Notes under the pieces: model-generated
Told to the model about the DNA's origin: nothing
Database searches by the model: none
What the model saw: only the letters and a program-made list of their open reading frames with translations
Shown here: piece after piece, positions 19,503-29,263 of the stretch
Numbering within the stretch: the stretch's first letter is position 1
How the letters are laid out: every line of letters begins with the position of its first letter
Translations under genes and position numbers: made by a program
DNA from: Longimicrobiales bacterium
GTDB lineage: Bacteria; Gemmatimonadota; Gemmatimonadetes; Longimicrobiales; Gaopeijiaceae
Assembly: GCA_965219445.1 (NCBI GenBank)
Contig: CBDCNQ010000003.1
Coordinates: 416,001 to 480,000 of the forward strand
Reading direction: 5' to 3'
DNA: 64,000 nt

Positions 19503-20495
19503 CTAGGCCAGGAGCCGCTCCACATCGGTAACCGCGACGGCCTGGGCGAGGCGACTGGTCTCGATCGCGTCGGCAAGCTGGGCCAGCTCGGGGCCCTGGC
19601 CCCCGGCTTCTGGGAGTCGTCGGTTGGCGCCGCCCATGGCTCGTACCGCGTCGAGCAGGAGGTCGTGAAGTCGCTGGTGAGACGCTTCGACAGCCTCCAG
19701 AGGCCCCGTACGCGTCACCGGAGCCGACGCCCCTTGGGCCTTCTGGCTCGCCATGACCCGGCGAGCCTCTTCGACGCGCGCCAAGTCCGTGGCCGCGTCG
19801 GCGGCTAAGGCCAACAGCTCGGATGTGTCCTCTACGATGTCGACGTCTCCGGTCGCCTCCGCTCTCTCCCACAGGAGACGTCCGAGGCGAACGGCATCCG
19901 AAAGGAGAGTGCGTGGGGTCCCCGCGGGTAGGCTCATGAGTGCCGTCACCAACCGCTCCTCGACGGCGCTGGGGAGCCAAGGATCGCTCTTGCCCCCGCA
20001 TGCGGCGGGTCTCCGCAGATGGAGCTGGGCCAAAATCCACAGCAGGCCAGCGTAGAAGGGGCTCCCGAGGAAGAGCAGTTGACCCGAGAGGAGACCCACC
20101 AGGGCACCCACGATCACCACCGACAAGAGCAACAGGCCGAAGCTCGGCGGAATCGGAGCCACTCCCCAGCGCTTCGGTGTGACTTGGGCCGGTACGCCCC
20201 TATGTGCGAAGGCACCGAGAACCCGCTCGGCAGCCCCCAGAGGCACCGAAGCCAGCGGCAGATAGCCCTTGGCCGCCAGATTGAAAGCCTCCCACTCGAC
20301 TCCCGGAGGCAGGATTCCATGCAGATGCTCGGCGACCCTCGCTCGCTCAGCCTTCCGCATGGATTGGCGCACGAACACGAGGCCGTCGCCCGTGCGACCA
20401 GCACAATTGATACAGACTTCGAGGTCCAGGGTGTCGGGGCGGTTGCAGAGAGCGCAGGAGCCCGTCCCCCTCACTGGAATCGTCTCGTTCCTCAT
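19503..20495 (-). CDS. membrane protein with N-terminal CxxC..CxxC and C-terminal helical domain
   Basis: CALC...CINC, two TM helices, coiled helical tail; ATGA overlap with upstream gene. Confidence 0.7.
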   Translation of the reverse strand: MRNETIPVRGTGSCALCNRPDTLDLEVCINCAGRTGDGLVFVRQSMRKAERARVAEHLHGILPPGVEWEAFNLAAKGYLPLASVPLGAAERVLGAFAHRGVPAQVTPKRWGVAPIPPSFGLLLLSVVIVGALVGLLSGQLLFLGSPFYAGLLWILAQLHLRRPAACGGKSDPWLPSAVEERLVTALMSLPAGTPRTLLSDAVRLGRLLWERAEATGDVDIVEDTSELLALAADAATDLARVEEARRVMASQKAQGASAPVTRTGPLEAVEASHQRLHDLLLDAVRAMGGANRRLPEAGGQGPELAQLADAIETSRLAQAVAVTDVERLLA

Positions 20496-21091
20496 CGAGC
20501 CTCGATCTCCGCGATCATGCTCAGGGCGTTCCGCCGCCAGCCGTCGTCTGGATCGTAGTACTCGAGGAAGCTCACCAGGTACTTGTGGGCGGCTCCATGA
20601 TTGCCCAGGGCATAGCGCGCGGCCCCCGCGTGATAGAGGGCCATGTAATGGTTGGGCCAGAAATCCACTACCAGCTCCATGATGGGGCCGGCGGCAAGGT
20701 CATCCCCGGCGTCCGCCACCGGATGTCCTACGTTGAAGACCACTCCGGCCGCTTTCCAACGCTGATCCTCGGGGAGTTGGAGAATCCGCTCCCGTGCCGA
20801 CTCCATGCGCCCCGCGAGTGCGAAGCAGGCCGCCTCATACGCGGTGCCATCGGCGGATCGAGGTGCGGGGCTCCAGGCGAGCCGGGTGTCGACCTCCACC
20901 GGGTTGCAGTAAGCCTTCATGGAGCGGAACCAGCTCGCTGCATCCGTGGGGTCGGCGTCGGGCGGGTCCTCGACGGTGAAGGTGACAGTGAAAGGAAGAT
21001 CGTCAGAGATCTCCACAGGCTCGGGGGACCTCATGAGGTAAACCAAGCTCAAGCCAACGTAGAGCAGTCCTAGTAGATAGATCTTCCGCAC
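20492..21091 (-). CDS. membrane-anchored TPR protein
   Basis: GGAGG SD; N-terminal TM; PNHYMALYHAGAARYALG TPR motif. Confidence 0.72.
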   Translation of the reverse strand: MRKIYLLGLLYVGLSLVYLMRSPEPVEISDDLPFTVTFTVEDPPDADPTDAASWFRSMKAYCNPVEVDTRLAWSPAPRSADGTAYEAACFALAGRMESARERILQLPEDQRWKAAGVVFNVGHPVADAGDDLAAGPIMELVVDFWPNHYMALYHAGAARYALGNHGAAHKYLVSFLEYYDPDDGWRRNALSMIAEIEAR

Positions 21092-21190
21092 CGTCGCCTC
21101 CAGGTCCTGAATCGTCTTGCCGTTGTCTCAGAAGGGGACGTTCGAAACCCCACTTCTTGCACACCCTTCGGAGAGCCGGGAAACAGAATC

Positions 21191-21205
21191 GCAAGGCTTG
21201 TGCCA
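21191..21205 (-). promoter_or_regulatory. sigma54 -24/-12 promoter
   Basis: TGGCACAAGCCTTGC on minus strand, 100 nt upstream of the TPR gene. Confidence 0.75.
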
Positions 21206-21443
21206 GGAAGTGTGGGGGCCGAGGCCGTGAAAAAGCTAGTAATTACAGCATTCGTCAGGGGATTTGGGCCTCTTCGGCGCACTGAGCTCGGAAAAAGTGA
21301 CGAAAACGGCACGGCGTGGCCGATCACGGCAGGAGTGAGCGTGTGCGCACCCGTGGCATTGATTCGTTCGGGCCTCGACCGATCGCTTCGTTGAATGGGA
21401 AAAATTTGATGGCGGTGTGGCTCGAGCGCGCACATGTTTTACT

Positions 21444-22209
21444 ATGACGAGCTCACTGGCTTTTAGACTCCGGAACACCCTGTGCTCCGCGTTCGGCGTA
21501 TGGCTGGCGGCATGCGCTGGCGGCATGCGCTGGCGGCGCAGGACCGGCAACTCCGGCACCCGAGACGGTGGTGGTAGTCGACACCGTAGTGGTCCCCTCG
21601 GCAGCGGATCCCGAACTCGAACAACGCCTCGCGACCGTCCAGCTCCAACTCTTGGAACGCGCGGCCCAGGTGCAAGACGTTCAACGTCAACTCGATGCGG
21701 CGCGACGAGAAGTCGTGCGCGCGATGGCACGATTGCAGACGTTGGCCAGTCGCGCAGAAGCTGCGTCGGCGATGGCCGAGGCGGAAATCGGGGTGGAGGC
21801 CGTAATCGGAGCTGCGGCAGATGAGGAAGTGCCCGAGGCGGCTCAGGCACGGCGGCTCCTCGAGCTCAGCACGACCGAGTTCGCCGGTGAGAACTACGGC
21901 GGTGCACTCTACTTGGCGAGCCAGGCCCGTAGCGTGGCCCGCGCGGGCGAGTTCCGCCACGCCAGCGCTGAGCACGGGGACCGGCAACCCAGTGAAGTCC
22001 TGTTCGCTCTACCGGTACCGCTCGAAACGGCACGGCGCAGCAACGTACGAACGGGGCCGGGGCTAGGGTTTCGTGTCCTCTTTACGGTCGATCCTGCGAC
22101 ACCGGTCGTGGGGCATTCGTATACTGAAGAGTGGGTGCGGATCAACGACGACCAGGGTCGCGACGGCTGGATTTTCCACAACCTTGTTAAGGAGCCCGGG
22201 GGCGAATAG
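21444..22209 (+). pseudogene. coiled-coil/SH3b lipoprotein interrupted by a 13-bp tandem duplication
   Basis: MTSSLAFRL...WLAAC lipobox in one frame; body (coiled coil, SNVRTGPG...WVRI...GWI SH3b) in another; removing one GCTGGCGGCATGC restores the frame. Confidence 0.8.
21503..21537. repeat. 13-bp tandem repeat, 2.7 copies
   Basis: GCTGGCGGCATGC GCTGGCGGCATGC GCTGGCGGC. Confidence 0.9.
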
Positions 22210-22232
22210 CCGGTAGTAGGACGCGACCTCCG

Positions 22233-24026
22233 CTACTTCGTTGTCTTCGCAGTCTTCCTCTTTGCCCTCGTTGGCTTCTTCCTCGTCGTCGTCTTCGAAG
22301 TCTTTGTCGTCGTCGTCTTCTTCGGCGTCGTCGTCTTCTTCGCTTTCTTCGCTGCCGTTGCTGCGGTCGTCTGGCGGCCGCGACTCGCACGTGCCACCCG
22401 ATCACGTCCGCGCCGCTTAGCTTGGTAAAGAGCCGCATCTGCCGATACGATCAGGGACTCGGGTGAATCCCCATCGATGGGAAACTCGGCGGCCCCGACA
22501 CTCACCGTCACCGTGACGGCCTGCTTCCCTACGGCCACAGTGCGCTCGGTCAGTCGCTCCCGTATTCGCTCCGCTGCCTTGAGCGCGCCGTCCATGTCCG
22601 TGTCCGGCAGCATGACCAGGAATTCCTCCCCTCCGTAGCGCGCGACGTGATCGATCTCGCGCGTCTCCTCCTGCAGGACCTCAGCGACCCCCTTGAGGGC
22701 CTCGTCTCCCGCGAAATGCCCATGGGTATCATTGAACTTTTTGAAACGGTCGACATCGGCCATGAGGATTGCGAACGCTTTTTTCGAGCGGCGCGAGCGA
22801 CGCGTTTCGCTTTCAAGCCTCTCCATCAGGTGTCGGCGGTTCGAGATCCCGGTGAGCGGGTCGGTCACCAGCAACTCCTCGAGCTGCTGCCGTCCTTCGC
22901 GCAGCCGAGCCACCATCCCGTTGAACACTTCGGTGAGGTAACCAACCTCGCCCTTACCCACAGGCAGATCCACCGCGAGGTCACCCCCCGCGACCTCCGC
23001 GGCACCCTTGGTCAGCCGATCCAACGGGCGCACGATGAATAGGCCGAGCCCGTAGGCGATGAAGCCAACCACGACCAGGAGCCCTGTCACGAGAAGCGCC
23101 GTCACGTCGCGTAGCTGGGCGACCTGTGCGTACGCCTCCTCCGCCGTGATCTCCGCCACGACCGCCCACTCCGGGCTGAGAACCCGCTGGAGGGTTCCAA
23201 TGACCTCTCTCCCATCACGATCTGCGTATGTGACGGGACTGCGCTCGTTCGCGAAAAGGAGCTCCACCGTGCCGGACGTGAGCCTCCGCTCGGTGGGTGG
23301 GCGCTCGTCGGTGCGTAAGCTCACGATCTCGGTACCGTCTGGCGCGATCACGTATAAGTCGCCCGAGTCGCCCGGAGCGAACACGAGCAGAGTGGTCAAC
23401 ACGGCACGGTAGGTGACGTTGGCCACGAGCGCGCCCACGAAGCTCTGGTTCGCGGCGGTAACGGGAACGGCGATGGTCATGAGCGGCTGGCCGAGCTGGT
23501 CGGTCTGGTACGCGTCCGCAATCACCACCTGATCCGCCGCTACGCGCTCGAGCCAGTCGGGTGGGAGATGCACGTCACCGGGGCGCTCGGCGCTCGTCGC
23601 GACCGGCTCGCCTTCCCGGTCGACGACGATCAACTCCTCGTAGTCCGGAAACCGCTCCTCGACTGACGTGAGGTAGTCGTTGAGCCGAGCAACGGATTGA
23701 GCGCCCCCGTCGGTCCGTCGAGCGCGCTCGACGTTCTCGGTTACCTCGTAGGAGCTCGCGAAGACCCGGACGTCGTAGAGGCGCTCCTTGAACCAAAGGT
23801 CGAGCTCGCGTGCGGTCTGTGCACTCACGCTCTGCAACTCTTCGGCGATCTTGTCGGTAAGGGCAGCACGGTTCTGGACGTAGGAGATCCAGGCCATCCC
23901 CAGGGAGGGAACCAGCGTAGCCAATAACGCGAGGCCCACGATCCGGCTCTTGATGCTCTCGAGCCGAAACACTTTGGGAACCTGCTCGACGACCGTTTTG
24001 GTGAGGTGTGTGGTACGTTCAGGCAT
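22233..24026 (-). CDS. sensor diguanylate cyclase (TM-dCache-TM-HAMP-GGDEF) with Lys/Thr-rich tail
   Basis: TDPLTG, DVDRFKKFNDTHGHFAGD, RxxD I-site REID, RYGGEEF, ADAALYQAK. Confidence 0.93.
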   Translation of the reverse strand: MPERTTHLTKTVVEQVPKVFRLESIKSRIVGLALLATLVPSLGMAWISYVQNRAALTDKIAEELQSVSAQTARELDLWFKERLYDVRVFASSYEVTENVERARRTDGGAQSVARLNDYLTSVEERFPDYEELIVVDREGEPVATSAERPGDVHLPPDWLERVAADQVVIADAYQTDQLGQPLMTIAVPVTAANQSFVGALVANVTYRAVLTTLLVFAPGDSGDLYVIAPDGTEIVSLRTDERPPTERRLTSGTVELLFANERSPVTYADRDGREVIGTLQRVLSPEWAVVAEITAEEAYAQVAQLRDVTALLVTGLLVVVGFIAYGLGLFIVRPLDRLTKGAAEVAGGDLAVDLPVGKGEVGYLTEVFNGMVARLREGRQQLEELLVTDPLTGISNRRHLMERLESETRRSRRSKKAFAILMADVDRFKKFNDTHGHFAGDEALKGVAEVLQEETREIDHVARYGGEEFLVMLPDTDMDGALKAAERIRERLTERTVAVGKQAVTVTVSVGAAEFPIDGDSPESLIVSADAALYQAKRRGRDRVARASRGRQTTAATAAKKAKKTTTPKKTTTTKTSKTTTRKKPTRAKRKTAKTTK

Positions 24027-24226
24027 ACCTAAAAGGTATGTCTGGCCAGAGCGCCCTGCACGAGAAAAATCACGGCGCGCGGAGGCCGTGGGCGTCCGTC
24101 ACGGCGTCCGGGAGGACTGCTTCGAAACGGGCGGGTCGAGGGGGGGGGTTGATCGCCGAGGTGAACCCTCGTCCGTCCCGAACCGTAGTAGAAGTGAGCC
24201 TATCACCACCTCTCTCTCGATCCGCG

Positions 24227-25228
24227 ATGTATCAGACTTGCATGTTCTGCAACCGCCCACTCGGTGCGAATGAGGTGGTCGAGCACTTCCCAGTGGGTCG
24301 TCGGCTTGCCTTCGACGCGGAGCGGGGCCGTCTCTGGGTCGTGTGCCGTAAGTGTGAGCGCTGGAACCTCTCCCCGCTCGAGGAGCGGTGGGAGGCGGTG
24401 GAGATGTGCGAGAGGCTTTTCACGGACACTCGGATACGCGTGTCGACGGAGAACGTGGGCCTGGCGAAGCACCCGGAGGGTCTCGAGCTCGTGCGGATCG
24501 GCCGTCCGATGAGGCCGGAGTTCGCGGCCTGGCGCTACGGAGACCAATTTGGCCGCCGTCGCAAGCGTGCGATGCTCTACGGCGCAGGTGGCGCCGCCGT
24601 GATCGGCGGAATCGTCGTCGGTGGTGCGGTGACCGGCGTAATCGGTGCCGGTCTCCTGGCTCAGAGTGGCAACCTCGTGAACCTGTGGGTGAACGGGCGC
24701 ACCTTGGCCAAGCTGCGCACCGACGACGGACGGGTCCTCAGGCTGAAAAATACCGATCTTCTGGGTACACGCCTGCGGCCAGCACTCGACGAACCCGGCT
24801 TCTGGCTAGAGCTACGCAAACGCGGGAAGAAGGAGTCGTTCGAGGGGGTGCAGGCAGAGCGCCTCCTCGGCCAAATAGTTCCCAAGATGAACCGCAGAGG
24901 CGGCAAGAAGGAGACCGTCCAGACTGCGGTCTCCGAGATCGAGCACCACGGTCACCCCATCGATTTCCTCTCGGACGTGGTTACCGGAGACCGCTTCAAG
25001 GACAGGAGCGGCGTTCCGGGATACGTGAACAAGATGCCTGAACACACGAAACTCGCCCTGGAGATGGCCCTCCACGAGGAGCAGGAGCGGCGCGCCCTCG
25101 AGGGTGAGCTGTGGCGTCTGGAGCGGGCGTGGGAGGAGGCCGAAGAGATCGCGGCGATCGCAGACGACCTCTTGCTCCCGACTGGGACGGATGACTTCAT
25201 CGAGAAGCACCGGGAGGAAGAGGGTTGA
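24227..25228 (+). CDS. conserved hypothetical Zn-finger membrane protein
   Basis: CMFC...CRKC, Gly-rich hydrophobic segment, C-terminal ALEMALHEEQERRAL helix; 3' end overlaps convergent queA by 32 nt. Confidence 0.75.
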   Translation: MYQTCMFCNRPLGANEVVEHFPVGRRLAFDAERGRLWVVCRKCERWNLSPLEERWEAVEMCERLFTDTRIRVSTENVGLAKHPEGLELVRIGRPMRPEFAAWRYGDQFGRRRKRAMLYGAGGAAVIGGIVVGGAVTGVIGAGLLAQSGNLVNLWVNGRTLAKLRTDDGRVLRLKNTDLLGTRLRPALDEPGFWLELRKRGKKESFEGVQAERLLGQIVPKMNRRGGKKETVQTAVSEIEHHGHPIDFLSDVVTGDRFKDRSGVPGYVNKMPEHTKLALEMALHEEQERRALEGELWRLERAWEEAEEIAAIADDLLLPTGTDDFIEKHREEEG

Positions 25229-26306
25229 TCGCCATCGCATCCCCATACGAATAGAACCGGTAGCCCTCGCCGATCGCCTCGCTGTACGCCTCCATCGTCC
25301 TCTTGTACCCGCCGAACGCGGCCACCAGCATCAAGAGCGTCGACCGCGGCAGGTGAAAGTTCGTAATCAGCCCGTCCACCACCTGAAAACGGTACGGCGG
25401 TCGGATAAAGAGATCCGTCGCACCGCCCCCCTCCCCGACCACCCCGTCACGAGCCGCACTTTCGAGCGTGCGCACCACCGTCGTGCCCACCGCCCAGATG
25501 CTCCGCCCCTCTGCTCGTGCAGCGTTGATCGCCCCCGCCGCCTCGGCGGACACGAAGTACGGCTCGCTGTGCATGTCGTGCTCGGCCGGATCGTCCGCCT
25601 CGACCGGCCGAAACGTCCCCACCCCGACGTCCAGGATGATCGCCACGCGACGCACGCCCTTCTCGTCGATCTTGTCCAGCAAGTCGGGGGTGAAGTGTAG
25701 TCCCGCCGTGGGTGCGGCCACAGACCCAGGCACACGTGCGTACACCGTTTGGTAGCGCTCCCGGTCTAGGGGCTCGTCCTCCCTCTCCAAATAGGGGGGA
25801 AGGGGGACGTGGCCGTGTTTCTCCAAGGTCTCCCGCACTGAACCCTGTGCCACAAGCCGCACCACCCGCCCTCCCCCCGGCGCGGAGTCCACGACCTCCA
25901 CGTCGAACCCCGGCGCGATGTTCACGACTCGCCCGGGCTTGAGCTTCCCGCCGGGCCGCACCAACGCCTCCCAGAGCGTGGCCTCGTCGCCAGCCGCACG
26001 GCCCTCTCCCTCCCCATCCGTCTCCGTCTCACCCGCCCAAGGCCGCAAAAGAAGGATCTCCGAAGGCGCCCCGGTGGGCTTTCGTCCCAAGAGCCGTGCG
26101 GGGGCCACCCGGCTCTCGTTCACCACCAGCACGTCTCCGGAGTTCAGCAGGTTCACGAGATCGGTGAAGCGTCGATGCACGAACGGGCCACACTCGGGCG
26201 GCACCACGAGCAGCCTGCTATGGTCCCTTCGCTCAGTCGGATATCGGGCGATCCGCCCGGCAGGCAGATCGTATTCATAGTCCGAAACACGGGTGCCGCT
26301 CTTCAC
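25197..26306 (-). CDS. queA: S-adenosylmethionine:tRNA ribosyltransferase-isomerase
   Basis: DYEYDLP, PLPPYL, RYQTVYA, SVAAPTAGLHF, GTTVVRTLES, TNFHLPRST and YRFYSYGD; GTG start at 26306. Confidence 0.97.
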   Translation of the reverse strand: MKSGTRVSDYEYDLPAGRIARYPTERRDHSRLLVVPPECGPFVHRRFTDLVNLLNSGDVLVVNESRVAPARLLGRKPTGAPSEILLLRPWAGETETDGEGEGRAAGDEATLWEALVRPGGKLKPGRVVNIAPGFDVEVVDSAPGGGRVVRLVAQGSVRETLEKHGHVPLPPYLEREDEPLDRERYQTVYARVPGSVAAPTAGLHFTPDLLDKIDEKGVRRVAIILDVGVGTFRPVEADDPAEHDMHSEPYFVSAEAAGAINAARAEGRSIWAVGTTVVRTLESAARDGVVGEGGGATDLFIRPPYRFQVVDGLITNFHLPRSTLLMLVAAFGGYKRTMEAYSEAIGEGYRFYSYGDAMAINPLPPGASR

Positions 26307-26344
26307 CCGTCCCGGAGCCACGAGGCTAGGAACCCCAACCGTCC

Positions 26345-27061
26345 TTACGGATCCAGCGGGACCAGTGGAAGCACGAAGACGAGGGAGAGCGACCAGGCGC
26401 TCGCATCGTCGAGAAAGAGCTCGTCTCCGATCAGGTCGCCCGCCTTGGGGAGGCCCGTCGCCACGTAGTCGATAGAGAGTTCCACTTCGGCGTTCCGTAG
26501 CCAGCGACCGTCGGGCAACCAATTGAACAGGTGGAGGGCGGTGTCCAACTCGAAATTGAGCTTGTGTGTGTAGACGCTCGTCGCGTCCGGCCGCTCGCCA
26601 GGACTGAACTTGTCGATGATGTCGAAGTGGGAGGAGAGCCAACCCCCCGTCTGGTCGGAGTCGATCAGATCCACGTTGAGCTCGCTTTCGAGCTCCACCA
26701 CATTGTCGCGGATGTCGTCGCGGCCCAGGTCAGCCGCCGTGGCACCCGTGAAGGGATGCTCGGAAGTACTCCCGAACGGAGTGAAGCCCACCTCGAACGT
26801 GAGCCCTACACGCGGAATCTCAGTGGGTACGTCGAGCGCGAAGATCAGCTCGAAGACGGTCTCTCGTTCGGTCTCCTCGACGACCCCACCGACCTCCACT
26901 CGCGCCCGGTCTCCCAGATTTTCAAATGTGACGGTGGGCTCGATCTTCAGCTCTGGCACACACAGGAAGGCGCAGGATCCGCCCTCCTGGGACTCTCCGT
27001 GCGCCGGAATTAGCAGAACAAGGGCGAAGCTAGCGAGTGCAGCAAGCTTGCTGGCGTGCAT
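26345..27061 (-). CDS. exported protein, putative small outer-membrane beta-barrel
   Basis: Signal peptide MHASKLAAL...AHG; repeated amphipathic strands (FELIFALDV, VGLTFEV, LNFELD, WSLSLVFVL). Confidence 0.65.
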   Translation of the reverse strand: MHASKLAALASFALVLLIPAHGESQEGGSCAFLCVPELKIEPTVTFENLGDRARVEVGGVVEETERETVFELIFALDVPTEIPRVGLTFEVGFTPFGSTSEHPFTGATAADLGRDDIRDNVVELESELNVDLIDSDQTGGWLSSHFDIIDKFSPGERPDATSVYTHKLNFELDTALHLFNWLPDGRWLRNAEVELSIDYVATGLPKAGDLIGDELFLDDASAWSLSLVFVLPLVPLDP

Positions 27062-27139
27062 GATCACGCTACCCTCGACCCACCATCGTGACACGGAGGG
27101 CCAGTTCCTCAACTTCTTTGTCAGGTCGGAGGTAGCCCA

Positions 27140-29263
27140 TCACCTGAACGGTAGTTCGTTCACGACGTGACACGTCCCGCAGGCGGCCGTGTAAGGAATG
27201 GGCATCGCCCTGCCCGGCGACACGCCCCAAACCCCAGCGTTGGTTTTCAAGGGCACATCGAATACATGTGAGTTTATGGGGCCTTCCCAGTAGGCGCTGT
27301 TCTCTTCTTCGGCCGCATCGGCATAGGGGGGCGTCCCTATCATCCTGCCAAAATTGCCCGCGATGCCGCCAGTATTGGCTGTTCCGGGCATATGACAGGC
27401 GATACAGCTTGTCATCTCGCCCTTCATCTTCGCGTTCAGTTCCGTTTCCATGTGAGACAGAATGTCTACGCTGTGACATCTCTGGCACAACGGTGAGCTA
27501 GAGTCATCGGGGTCATCCATGAGCGCGCGCGGGTACGGTGTGCCACCATGCATGTCATGGCAGTCCGAGCAGGTGACCAGCAATCGATCGTTTCTGTACA
27601 TCTTCGACTTCAGGAAATCCGAATACTGCTGGTGGGGTTGCCTCGAGTGGATATCGTCGGGCCAGATGTTGTTCTCCCTTCCAGGACCTTGCATGGTAGG
27701 CCCCTTCTTGATTGGGTCCGTATACGTCGTGATCAGTTCGTGGCGGCTTATTCCCGGCCTCGCGAGCTCTCCTTCCACGCTGAGAGCCTGTGTATAACCC
27801 ACGGTTCCTCCGCCATAGCCTTGGCGCCTGTCGTGGCACCGGCCACAGACCACCCCGGACCGCTCCGCTGAGAGATACTTGGGGTTGACGATAAAGCGGG
27901 ATCTTCCTTCGTTGGCCACATGCTCTGACCCGGGACCGTGGCAATTTTCACAGCCGATATTGATCTCGTCCATCTCGGGGTCATCGTCTATGTTCATTGC
28001 GCCGCCGGGATCATTGACGGCTCGTACCAGAAACTGGCCGGTGGCCTCGTCTTCGTACCGTTCCCAGCCCGTTAGATGACAGCTGGCGCACATGGTCTGA
28101 ACGGTATTCGTGTTGATTGGCGGAGCCTTGATCAAATCGTCGGGGGTCCCGTATTGGGCGTCCCCGCCAGGGGCCCACCAGAGGTAGAACTTGTAGTCGT
28201 GCCAAACTCGCCGCGCCCTATTCAACCTGTTGTCACGCCCGGTCATGTTATACCGAAGCACGGTGTACCATCCCGGCCGAACTCCCAGCTCCGGTGGAGC
28301 AGAGACGATGTACCGCTGGTCGTGAACGGCTCCGCCGTAAAGGAGCTTTATCTCCAGGTGAGCTGGGCTATTGGGGTCCGTCGGGTTGAGGCTGTTCACC
28401 ATCGTGATGTAGTACTTGCCGTCGTCATTGTTCTTCCACAAATAGACGTCGGCATAGGTCGTCTCGATGGGTAGCCGAGAATCGCCAAATGCTCTCAGCT
28501 TGAATTTGTCATTATTCCTCTGTGCATCGTAGTCCCCCAGCTCGAGGTGCGTTCCGTTCTCGTATTCGTCTGTCTCGGGGAACGATTCGAGCGCGTCGAA
28601 GTAGTCCGGGTGTTTCGAATAATCCTGCATCGGCCCGGGAGCCCCTGGTACGGTCCATCCGATCTTGTGGGCGGTTTCTTGCCAGTGCCTTTCATCCTGA
28701 TGACATGTCATACAGCTCGAGCTGCCGACCGCTACGGCAGCCGGAGAGGGGCTGCTTGAAATCCGGATGGTCCGCGATTCACCGCGCAACAGCTCAGCTG
28801 GATAGCTTCTTCGGCTCTGGTCTCCACCGGGGAGGTGTTCGGTGTCTTCTGCGGCGGGGGTCACATGAATGAAGAACTTGCCGTCGGGCACATTCGTAAT
28901 GACGAACTCCCCTCGCGAATCCGTCGTGGCTTGCGGAAAGTCTGTGCCTCTTAGTCGAATAGCGTCCTCCAGCGGTTCATCATAGAGTTCTGCGGGGTAG
29001 GGTGGAGCATAGATGGCGCTGGCGGTCATTTGCGTGGAGATGTCAATCGCCGTTGTCGGAACCAGATGGACCGTTGCGCTGACAACGGGATGGCCGGGAT
29101 TGGTGGCTTCGCCACCAACAACTAAAGCGCCGGAAGCGCTCACCACGTGGCCCGAAAACTCGGTAGGTTGATCTGTCGCTGCGAGCATCAGCCCCGCTAT
29201 CACCATCACGGTGGGCAGTGAGACCGCCAGACCGATTAGTCTTACAGCGCCGTGTTGGTGCAT
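27140..29263 (-). CDS. octaheme c-type cytochrome with N-terminal Ig/carboxypeptidase-regulatory-like domain
   Basis: Eight CxxCH motifs: CMTCH, CASCH, CENCH, CGRCH, CSDCH, CQRCH, CIACH, CGTCH; N-terminal signal/anchor. Confidence 0.9.
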   Translation of the reverse strand: MHQHGAVRLIGLAVSLPTVMVIAGLMLAATDQPTEFSGHVVSASGALVVGGEATNPGHPVVSATVHLVPTTAIDISTQMTASAIYAPPYPAELYDEPLEDAIRLRGTDFPQATTDSRGEFVITNVPDGKFFIHVTPAAEDTEHLPGGDQSRRSYPAELLRGESRTIRISSSPSPAAVAVGSSSCMTCHQDERHWQETAHKIGWTVPGAPGPMQDYSKHPDYFDALESFPETDEYENGTHLELGDYDAQRNNDKFKLRAFGDSRLPIETTYADVYLWKNNDDGKYYITMVNSLNPTDPNSPAHLEIKLLYGGAVHDQRYIVSAPPELGVRPGWYTVLRYNMTGRDNRLNRARRVWHDYKFYLWWAPGGDAQYGTPDDLIKAPPINTNTVQTMCASCHLTGWERYEDEATGQFLVRAVNDPGGAMNIDDDPEMDEINIGCENCHGPGSEHVANEGRSRFIVNPKYLSAERSGVVCGRCHDRRQGYGGGTVGYTQALSVEGELARPGISRHELITTYTDPIKKGPTMQGPGRENNIWPDDIHSRQPHQQYSDFLKSKMYRNDRLLVTCSDCHDMHGGTPYPRALMDDPDDSSSPLCQRCHSVDILSHMETELNAKMKGEMTSCIACHMPGTANTGGIAGNFGRMIGTPPYADAAEEENSAYWEGPINSHVFDVPLKTNAGVWGVSPGRAMPIPYTAACGTCHVVNELPFR

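Noticed and set aside
22187..22438. Protamine-like poly-Arg ORF
   Set aside because: Alternative frame of the repeat encoding the cyclase Lys/Thr tail
26307..26642. 112-aa N-terminal extension of QueA in the ORF track
   Set aside because: Overlaps the upstream gene in another frame; QueA homology begins at about 26306
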